Assembly (NCBI GenBank): GCA_963790995.1
Contig: CAWBQQ010000001.1
Location: 2,007,268-2,071,267, forward strand
Origin: an uncultured Bacteroidota bacterium
Lineage (GTDB): Bacteria > Bacteroidota > Ignavibacteria > Kryptoniales > JAKASW01
DNA: 64,000 nucleotides
Reading direction: 5' to 3'
Shown here in pieces: positions 57,087-64,000 of the stretch. A program made the position numbers and the translations under genes. Position 1 is the stretch's first letter, and each line of letters opens with the position of its first letter. Below the pieces are notes generated by a model, which did no database searches, was not told the origin of the DNA, and worked only from the letters and a program-made list of their open reading frames with translations.

Positions 57087-58907
57087 TCAAGAAACAACGA
57101 GCTCCTTTTCCTTTTGACCGCCTCCATTTGAATTCCATGCAAACAGTCCGCGCTCTATATAGGAAGTGTGAAGAAGGTGATGAGACATCTTTCCCAACGG
57201 TTCCTCCAGGAAATCTTTGTAAAGAGCTGCGACTTCCGAATTCTCGTGTGACTTACGACTTGGCTTGCCTGCATCCTCCGCGTAAATGGATTCAGCTCGC
57301 TTCTTTCTGATTTCCCAAGTCGTCGGGATCGGCTGGCCGCCGCCGCCGATACACCCGCCGGGACACGTCATGATTTCTATGAACGCGTATGGTGATTCGC
57401 CTTTTTCAATTTGCTCCAACAGTTTGCGTGCGTTCTTCAACGTGTGTGCAACTGCCACTTTCAATCTTCTGCCGTTCATATCAACTTCGGCTTCTTTGAT
57501 CCCTTCCATTCCGCGAACCGCATTGAAATTTATGTTCGCGAGCGGAGCACCGGTAACAACTTCATAGGCAGTTCTGACTGCAGCTTCCATAACTCCGCCG
57601 GTTGCGCCGAAAATCACTGCGGCACCGGTTGACTCGCCTAACGGGCTATCAAACGCTTCATTGGGAAGAGTGGAAAACTGAATGCCGGATTGTTTAAACA
57701 TACGGGCAAGCTCACGCGTCGTCAGTACATAATCGACATCATAAAACTCGTCGTCATTGGACCAGGACTTCTTCTCCTTCCAATATGCGAAGGCATTCTT
57801 CATCTCCGGTCGTTTCGCTTCATATTTTTTTGCGGTGCAGGGCATAATTGAAACCACGACCATCTTCCTCGGATCGATGCCGGTCTTCGCTGCGTAATAA
57901 GTTTTTGCAATCGCACCGAACATTTGCTGCGGCGATTTGCAAGTGGAAAGATGCGCCAAGGAATTAGGGAAGAAATGTTCGGCAAACTTTATCCATCCCG
58001 GTGAACATGAAGTAATCATAGGCAGAACTCCGCCTTCAGTTAGCCGCTTGATTAGCTCGTGTCCCTCCTCCATGATAGTCAGGTCAGCGGCGAACTGGGT
58101 ATCGAAAATCTTGTTGAATCCGAGCCGCCGCAATCCTGCAACCATTTGTCCCGTGACGAGCGCGCCGGCTCCCATTCCCATTGCCTCACCGATTCCGACA
58201 CGAATCGCCGGAGCTGTCTGTACCAGGACAATCCTATCCGGATTCAGAATCTCATCGAAGACTTTGTCAGTATCGTCGCGCTCAACAATTGCACCTGTCG
58301 GACAAACTAACGCGCATTGTCCGCAGTTCGTGCAGGCTACATTTCCAAGTCCTTTATCCAGATAAGTCGATATTCTGCTTCTCGTGCCTCGTCCTGTAAT
58401 ATCAATCGCATAAACCGATTGAATGTTGGCACAAACCGCGACGCATCTGCCGCATAGGATGCACTTGTTCGGATCGCGGACGATTGACGGAGAAGTCATA
58501 TCAAACTCTTCAACTGGCTTGGTCCGAACGAACCTGCTCTCCTTCACGCCGAGATCAGCGGCAATCGTTTGAAGCTCGCAGTTTTGATTGCGCAGGCATG
58601 AAAGGCAGTCTTGAGGGTGATTTGCGAGCACCAGCTCCACATTTGTTTTTCTTGCTTCTCTGATGCGCTGTGAATTAGTTGTAATCTCGATCCCTTCGCG
58701 AACGCAAGACGAGCATGAACGAACAAGCGACCGGGCGCCTTTGACTTCCACAAGACAAACACCGCATGAAGCGTTGTGCGACACACCTTCCAGAAAACAG
58801 AGCGTTGGGATCTTTATGCCCGCTTGCGCGCAGGCATCAAGTATCGTTGTGCCATCATGTGTTCGGAAATCAATCCCGTTAATCTTTATATTTACCAGAT
58901 TTTCCAT
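57087..58907 (-). CDS. hydA: [FeFe]-hydrogenase group A catalytic subunit
   Basis: H-cluster motifs TSCSPGW, MPCTAKKYE, EIMTCPGGCIGGGGQP; N-terminal 2Fe-2S, His-ligated 4Fe-4S and 2x4Fe-4S domains. Confidence 0.98.
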   Translation of the reverse strand: MENLVNIKINGIDFRTHDGTTILDACAQAGIKIPTLCFLEGVSHNASCGVCLVEVKGARSLVRSCSSCVREGIEITTNSQRIREARKTNVELVLANHPQDCLSCLRNQNCELQTIAADLGVKESRFVRTKPVEEFDMTSPSIVRDPNKCILCGRCVAVCANIQSVYAIDITGRGTRSRISTYLDKGLGNVACTNCGQCALVCPTGAIVERDDTDKVFDEILNPDRIVLVQTAPAIRVGIGEAMGMGAGALVTGQMVAGLRRLGFNKIFDTQFAADLTIMEEGHELIKRLTEGGVLPMITSCSPGWIKFAEHFFPNSLAHLSTCKSPQQMFGAIAKTYYAAKTGIDPRKMVVVSIMPCTAKKYEAKRPEMKNAFAYWKEKKSWSNDDEFYDVDYVLTTRELARMFKQSGIQFSTLPNEAFDSPLGESTGAAVIFGATGGVMEAAVRTAYEVVTGAPLANINFNAVRGMEGIKEAEVDMNGRRLKVAVAHTLKNARKLLEQIEKGESPYAFIEIMTCPGGCIGGGGQPIPTTWEIRKKRAESIYAEDAGKPSRKSHENSEVAALYKDFLEEPLGKMSHHLLHTSYIERGLFAWNSNGGGQKEKELVVS

Positions 58908-58925
58908 TAAGATTTTCCTCTGAGA

Positions 58926-61900
58926 TTAGTCTTCTTTGAACGAGCCTTCGGATTGGTCCAGGCATTTGACGTTGCACCGGAGGCAGCGTGCGGCTTCGTC
59001 CAATGCTTCTTCCCCGCTGTACCCTGAAAGAACTTCCTGGAAAGTCATAATTCTTTCCATCACGGGAAGCTTCTTCGGCTCAATTCGTTCGCCCCCTTCC
59101 GGCTCCGGCGGGGCTTCGTTTTTGTATTTGAATTCCCTGAACAACCATTGGAATCTTTTTTCCTTCATCAGTTCGAAGTCGATCGCCTCAGCCGCGTTGC
59201 GCGCGATTCCCATCGCTTCGGAAACAGTCGCTGGTCCGGTTACGGCATCGCCACCGGCATAAACTTTCGGTAAGTTTGTGCGGTAGCTCGGATGCTGTAC
59301 CCTGATCGAACCGTTTTTCCGCGTCTCCAATCCGATTTCCTTTGCAGGCTCGAAATCAACTTTTTCGCCGACCGCAAGTATTATAGTCTGGCATTCGACA
59401 AATGCTTTTTCGCCGGTTTCCACCGGTCTTTTCCTTCCCGAGTTGTCGAGCCCGTCGAATCGCATTTTACGAATTTCGAGTCCCTTCACTTTTCCTCTCG
59501 CATCACCCACGATATTGTTAGGAGCGGACATGAACAAAAATTTTATATTTTCGTCCATAGCATCTTTTATTTCGTGTTCATTCGCGGGCATCTCGTCCCT
59601 GTCGCGGCGATAGACAACCGTCACTTCAGCGCCAAGCCGCAGGCATGAGCGCGCGGCATCAATTGCGACATTGCCGGCGCCGACGATTACCACCTTGTCC
59701 CCAATGGCAGGCTTTCTTCCCATCGACAATTTCTCGAGGAACTCGTAGCCTTCGTAAACACCGATGAGATCTTTGCCGGCAATTTTGAGGGTAATATCCT
59801 TTTGAGCGCCGACTGCGATAAAGACCGCATCGTTCTGTTTTTGAATTTGCTTGAAAGATATATCATTGCTGATGCTCGTATTGAACACGAACTTGACGCC
59901 GAGCCTCTTGAACAACTCGAGCTCCTTATGAAGTTCTTCCTTCGGCAGGCAATATGCAGGTATGCCGTACTGTAGAATCCCTCCCGCCTTGGCATGGCTG
60001 TCATATACTGTGACATCATGTCCGAGTCTTACGAGATAATACGCTGCGGTCAATCCTGCCGGGCCAGCTCCGATAATCGCGATCTTCTTTCCGGTTGGCG
60101 AGAGTTTTTCTTTGATCAGTCTCTGATATATAGCTTTTTCCCGTCCCATCTTATACATCGTGTCGGCAAGGTAACGATGAATTTCACCCTGCGAAACAGG
60201 ATCGTCGATCATGTCCCTTCGGCATCGGATCTGGCAGTGGAAGTAACATATCCTGCCGACTGTACCGGGAAGCGGGTTGTCTCGCAACGTCAGTTCGAAG
60301 GCTTCTTCTATTCTGCGTTCTTTCAAGAGCTGTAAATATCCCGGAATGTTCATATGGAGCGGACAACTGTTCTCACACAATGCGACGAACAAGCTTTCGC
60401 ACACTCCGGCTTTACATCGTTTTTGAATTATATGCCTTTCGTACTCGTCACGGAAATATCTAAGCGTGCTCAATACGGGGTTAGCGCTTGTCTGTCCGAG
60501 TCCACACAATGAAGAATCCCGGATTACGTACGCCAAACGCTCCAGCATGTCTAGATCCTCCATCGTTGCTTCGCCGCCTGTAATCTTATTCAAGATTGCA
60601 AGCGCCTGGGCGAGTCCTTCCCGGCATGGCGTGCATTTTCCGCACGATTCATTATGAGTAACTTCGACGAAATATCTTGCGACATCCACCATGCAATTGT
60701 CCTGGTCCATAACCACCATTCCACCGGATCCCATGATTGTGCCGAGCTTCGTGAGCGATTCGTAATCGACAGGCGTATCAAAATGCTCCACCGGTATGCA
60801 TCCGCCGGATGGGCCGCCGGTCTGGACGGCACGAATTCTTTTCTTGGTTCCCGTGCCTTCTCCCATTTGGTAAATGATATTCTCCAGAGGTGTGCCCAGC
60901 GGCAATTCGACAAGTCCGGTATTTTTTATTTTGCCGACAAGCGAAAATACCTTTGTGCCTGTGCTATTTTGAATTCCGAACTTTGCAAATTCATCGCCGC
61001 CTATTGTCACGATCAGCGGAATATTGAACCACGTTTCCACATTATTGATGTTTGTCGGTTTTCCCCATAGCCCCTTTTGTGCAGGGTATGGTGGACGCGG
61101 GATCGGGCGGCCGGCTCTGCCTTCTATAGAGGCGATGAGTGCAGTCTCTTCACCGCACACGAATGCGCCGGCACCTTCTACGTGGCTGAGGTCGAAGCTA
61201 AACGAAGATCCGAAAATATTATGCCCCATCAATCCGCACTCTCGAGCGGAGGCGACTGCTTTCTTAAACCGTTCCACCGCAAGCGGATATTCTGCTCGCA
61301 CATACATCACTCCTTCGGGTGCGCCCATCACATATGCTCCAATCAACATCCCCTCGATCAACGCCTGTGGATCGCTTTCGATTTCATTCCGATTCATATA
61401 AGCACCCGGGTCGCCTTCGTCAGCATTGCAAATAATATATTTCCTGTCAGACTCGGCCTTTTTCATCATCTCCCATTTGATGCCGGTCGGAAACCCTGCT
61501 CCACCTCGCCCGCGCAATTTCGATTTCTTGATTTCATCCAGCACTGAATCCGGCGTCATCATAGTCAGTGCTTTCATCAGCGCACTGTAGCCTCCGACAG
61601 CTACGTATTCTTCAATATCTTCCGGGTTGATTAATCCTGCTTCACGCAGAACGATCTTCTTCTGACCTTTGAAGAATGGAATCTCGTTCCAGAATGGAAC
61701 TTCATTTAGCCCGGTTCCGTATTCGATGCCCGACGTAAAAAAATTCCATTTCTCGATTTTGCACAGCGCCTTTTTAATTGGCATTACCCCGTTGGAGAGG
61801 CTATCGACAATCTTCTCGGCATCCTTCGGTACGACTTTGTGCAAAATGACGAGCGGCATTCCCGGCAAGTAACAGTTGACAAGCGGCTCTTCGGAACAAA

Positions 61901-62102
61901 AGCCAAAGCAGCCGGTGATTGACAGGTCTATTTTTGCTCGTTTCGCCTTGATGGCTTTTTGCAGACTTTCGTACACACCTTTTGCGCCGTTGCCGCTTCC
62001 GCAAGTCCCCATTCCGACGGAAATCTTTGGGGTATCAGGAAGCAGTTTCTTCAGCCCGCTTTTCCTGATCGCTTCTAATGATTCGGCATCAAGAATCTTC
62101 AT
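58926..62102 (-). CDS. hydB: HydB/NuoF-like FMN/NADH subunit fused to a GltD/NfnB-like FAD/NADPH oxidoreductase
   Basis: Thioredoxin-like 2Fe-2S N-terminus; GRGGAGFP, CNADEGDPGA, FVCGEETAL, ESCGKCTPCREG; then CENSCP, GRICYFHCQIRCRR, GAGPAG, GAGNVAID, YRR, GGDA, EAARCLRC. Confidence 0.93.
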   Translation of the reverse strand: MKILDAESLEAIRKSGLKKLLPDTPKISVGMGTCGSGNGAKGVYESLQKAIKAKRAKIDLSITGCFGFCSEEPLVNCYLPGMPLVILHKVVPKDAEKIVDSLSNGVMPIKKALCKIEKWNFFTSGIEYGTGLNEVPFWNEIPFFKGQKKIVLREAGLINPEDIEEYVAVGGYSALMKALTMMTPDSVLDEIKKSKLRGRGGAGFPTGIKWEMMKKAESDRKYIICNADEGDPGAYMNRNEIESDPQALIEGMLIGAYVMGAPEGVMYVRAEYPLAVERFKKAVASARECGLMGHNIFGSSFSFDLSHVEGAGAFVCGEETALIASIEGRAGRPIPRPPYPAQKGLWGKPTNINNVETWFNIPLIVTIGGDEFAKFGIQNSTGTKVFSLVGKIKNTGLVELPLGTPLENIIYQMGEGTGTKKRIRAVQTGGPSGGCIPVEHFDTPVDYESLTKLGTIMGSGGMVVMDQDNCMVDVARYFVEVTHNESCGKCTPCREGLAQALAILNKITGGEATMEDLDMLERLAYVIRDSSLCGLGQTSANPVLSTLRYFRDEYERHIIQKRCKAGVCESLFVALCENSCPLHMNIPGYLQLLKERRIEEAFELTLRDNPLPGTVGRICYFHCQIRCRRDMIDDPVSQGEIHRYLADTMYKMGREKAIYQRLIKEKLSPTGKKIAIIGAGPAGLTAAYYLVRLGHDVTVYDSHAKAGGILQYGIPAYCLPKEELHKELELFKRLGVKFVFNTSISNDISFKQIQKQNDAVFIAVGAQKDITLKIAGKDLIGVYEGYEFLEKLSMGRKPAIGDKVVIVGAGNVAIDAARSCLRLGAEVTVVYRRDRDEMPANEHEIKDAMDENIKFLFMSAPNNIVGDARGKVKGLEIRKMRFDGLDNSGRKRPVETGEKAFVECQTIILAVGEKVDFEPAKEIGLETRKNGSIRVQHPSYRTNLPKVYAGGDAVTGPATVSEAMGIARNAAEAIDFELMKEKRFQWLFREFKYKNEAPPEPEGGERIEPKKLPVMERIMTFQEVLSGYSGEEALDEAARCLRCNVKCLDQSEGSFKED

Positions 62103-62626
62103 TGCCTTTTCCTCCCTTTTGAAATCTTGTCTAGAATCTTTTTTACTTTGTCAGTCGTCACATTGCTGTAAATGACTTCGTCGACCGAAACGACCGGTGC
62201 CAGCGCGCACTGTCCGAAACATGCTACTGTAGATACAGTGAACTTGTTGTCGGGCGTAGTGAAAAAAGATTCGCTTGCTTTGGGGCCGGCAGCGCCGCCG
62301 TTTCTCAGAACGAGTCCGAGATCGTCCAGCAGCCCCTTCGAACCTTTAGTGTGACAGGCTGTACCACGACATACGGTGATGGTATGCTCTCCTTGAGGTT
62401 TGAGATTGAAGAAGGAATAAAAAGTGACGACGTTGTAGATCCTGGAAAGTGGAACCCCCGTCTTAACGGCCACCTGGTTCAAAGCATCTTCGGAAAGATA
62501 CTTATGCTCGTTGAGAAGCTGTGTCTCTTCCAGAATGCTCAACAATTCCCCATGATGACCTTTATGTCTCGCAACAACCGAATCGATGTCTTGTATTTCA
62601 CGCGCCATTGTTTGTGGTTCGCTCAT
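62099..62626 (-). CDS. hydC: HydC/NuoE-like 2Fe-2S subunit
   Basis: VVTFYSFF, CRGTACH, CFGQC; AAGGAG RBS before ATG at 62626. Confidence 0.95.
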   Translation of the reverse strand: MSEPQTMAREIQDIDSVVARHKGHHGELLSILEETQLLNEHKYLSEDALNQVAVKTGVPLSRIYNVVTFYSFFNLKPQGEHTITVCRGTACHTKGSKGLLDDLGLVLRNGGAAGPKASESFFTTPDNKFTVSTVACFGQCALAPVVSVDEVIYSNVTTDKVKKILDKISKGRKRQ

Positions 62627-63083
62627 GTTTGCTCCTTTTGGGATATAAGAAAAAGTAAAAAATGAAGGACGAACTAAACTTTGGCTCTCAGCCATTAGCA
62701 AACAGCCGTCTCTAAAAACGAGAGCCAACTTTCTATTTCAACCCTGACTCCAAGATAATTCTTCTTTTTGTTGTTTTTGATAAGTGCTTGCGGAGCACAT
62801 ATAATTTTACCAAATCGCGTCATGAAAAGCAAGTCGGAAAGGAACGGTGAATGTATATTTGGCAGAATCCGGAAAAAAATTGCCGCTGAGCCATAGTCTC
62901 ATAAGCCTTCGGCTGAGAATTTCACTAACTAAGATGTTAAATAACGCAAATTTTTGCCGATTGAATAATTAGTTTGATTCTGAGCGTGAAGTACAAGTGC
63001 CTCCCCCTGTGGCTTCAATATTCTGTGAAAAAGACCATCCGCAATGACTTTGATTATTTCTGCCTAATATTCCAGAAGTAGCC

Positions 63084-64000
63084 TCATAGTGCAGGTTGTT
63101 CGTGAGTGAGGCAATGTAAAGTTCCGAGTCCCCAAACAAGATCGAGCGAATGTATGCCGATCACGGGGCGGTCGTTAATTGCTTCGCCGATTATTCCGAG
63201 TGCTTTCCCGTCGTTTGGGTCGTCGAATGTCGGAACGAGCACGGCAGCGTTTGCAATGTAAAAGTTTGCATAGCTGGCAGGTAGTCTTTGGCTTCTGAAG
63301 ATCACCGGCTCAGGCATCGGTAGAAAAACGACTTCCGGCCGTGAGCCATCTTCAAGTCTAAAATCCATGAGCCTATCTTTGTTCTCCTCTAAGATTTTGT
63401 AGTTGTCATTCCGTGGATTTCTTTCTTGAACGAGAAGTAACGTTTTTGAATTTGCAAACCTGCAAAGATCGTCAATATGTCCATGGGTGTCGTCGCCTGA
63501 GATCCCTTTTCCGAGCCATAGAACATTCGTAATCCCGAGATAATTCTCGAACACTTTCTCGTAATCTTTCTTTGAGAAGCGTGGGTTTCTCGTTTGAATG
63601 TTCTCGTCCAACAGGCATTCTTCGGTCGCTATAAGTGTTCCATGCCCGTTTGTGTCAATAGCACCGCCTTCGAGAACGACCGGTGTAAGCTTATGTTCTG
63701 CTGTACGGCTAGTCAGGCAGAACTCCTTTGAAATGAAATCGGGGAGCTTTGCGTCTTTCTTGTAATCGGAGTACTTTGCCCAGCCGTTGAATTTGAAGTT
63801 GACCTGTGCCACTTCATCTTGGGATTTTACGAACACTGGCCCCGAATCTCGTGTCCAGCCGCGGTCTGTTTTCAGCGTAAAGAATTCGATGTTAGCTGAG
63901 TCCGCAGTCGAAGCTTTTAATACGGCTCGTGCTTTCTTCTCATGCTCTTTTGATTCAACAATTATTCTTGCTTTCTCGCCCTGAGAGATGCGTTTCACAA
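63084..64000 (-). CDS. aguA: Agmatine deiminase family protein (5' end outside window)
   Basis: WTRDSGP, FNGW, LEGGAID, DTHGHID, ASYANF, GTLHCLT. Confidence 0.93.
   Translation of the reverse strand, partial: VKRISQGEKARIIVESKEHEKKARAVLKASTADSANIEFFTLKTDRGWTRDSGPVFVKSQDEVAQVNFKFNGWAKYSDYKKDAKLPDFISKEFCLTSRTAEHKLTPVVLEGGAIDTNGHGTLIATEECLLDENIQTRNPRFSKKDYEKVFENYLGITNVLWLGKGISGDDTHGHIDDLCRFANSKTLLLVQERNPRNDNYKILEENKDRLMDFRLEDGSRPEVVFLPMPEPVIFRSQRLPASYANFYIANAAVLVPTFDDPNDGKALGIIGEAINDRPVIGIHSLDLVWGLGTLHCLTHEQPAL

Noticed and set aside
1-64000. CRISPR arrays, tRNA/rRNA genes, integron attC sites, selenocysteine or frameshift recoding
   Set aside because: No regularly spaced repeats, cloverleaves or RYYYAAC/GTTRRRY pairs were found by eye, and the main ORFs look complete without readthrough

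Overview
This is a bacterial chromosome segment with no tRNA, rRNA, CRISPR array, transposase or phage gene that I can recognise. Gene order and protein style (dcw cluster ending in an FtsZ with a PAFLRKVMD tail, outer-membrane barrels, multiheme cytochromes, [FeFe]-hydrogenase) suggest a diderm anaerobe or facultative anaerobe of the Chlorobi/Ignavibacteria/Kryptonia branch; that placement is inference. In order, the window holds: (1) the dcw cluster ftsI(partial)-murE-murF-mraY-murD-ftsW-murG-orf-murC-murB-ftsQ-ftsA-ftsZ followed by two response regulators; (2) a phosphate/polyphosphate locus (porin, two pstS, TPR protein, ppx, CHAD, sixA, ppk1) with 11-bp-periodic Pho-box-like arrays; (3) accessory genes (M1 aminopeptidase, NAD-dependent epimerase/reductase, beta-propeller, lipoprotein); (4) a five-gene minus-strand cluster encoding a His-rich membrane protein, a 20-heme cytochrome, a 10-heme cytochrome, an outer-membrane beta-barrel and a membrane-anchored ferredoxin-flavoprotein, which together look like a complete NAD(P)H-to-cell-surface electron conduit; (5) yceD-rpmF-plsX-fabH-fabD-orf-fabG-acpP-fabF-rnc; (6) hbd-ackA and neighbours; (7) a trimeric [FeFe]-hydrogenase whose NuoF-like subunit is fused to a GltD/NfnB-like NADPH module; (8) a partial agmatine deiminase. 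The best leads are the electron conduit, the fused hydrogenase, an FtsZ with substituted GTPase and guanine-pocket residues, and several long intergenic spacers that appear densely base-paired. All structure calls and alignments were made by eye and need computation.
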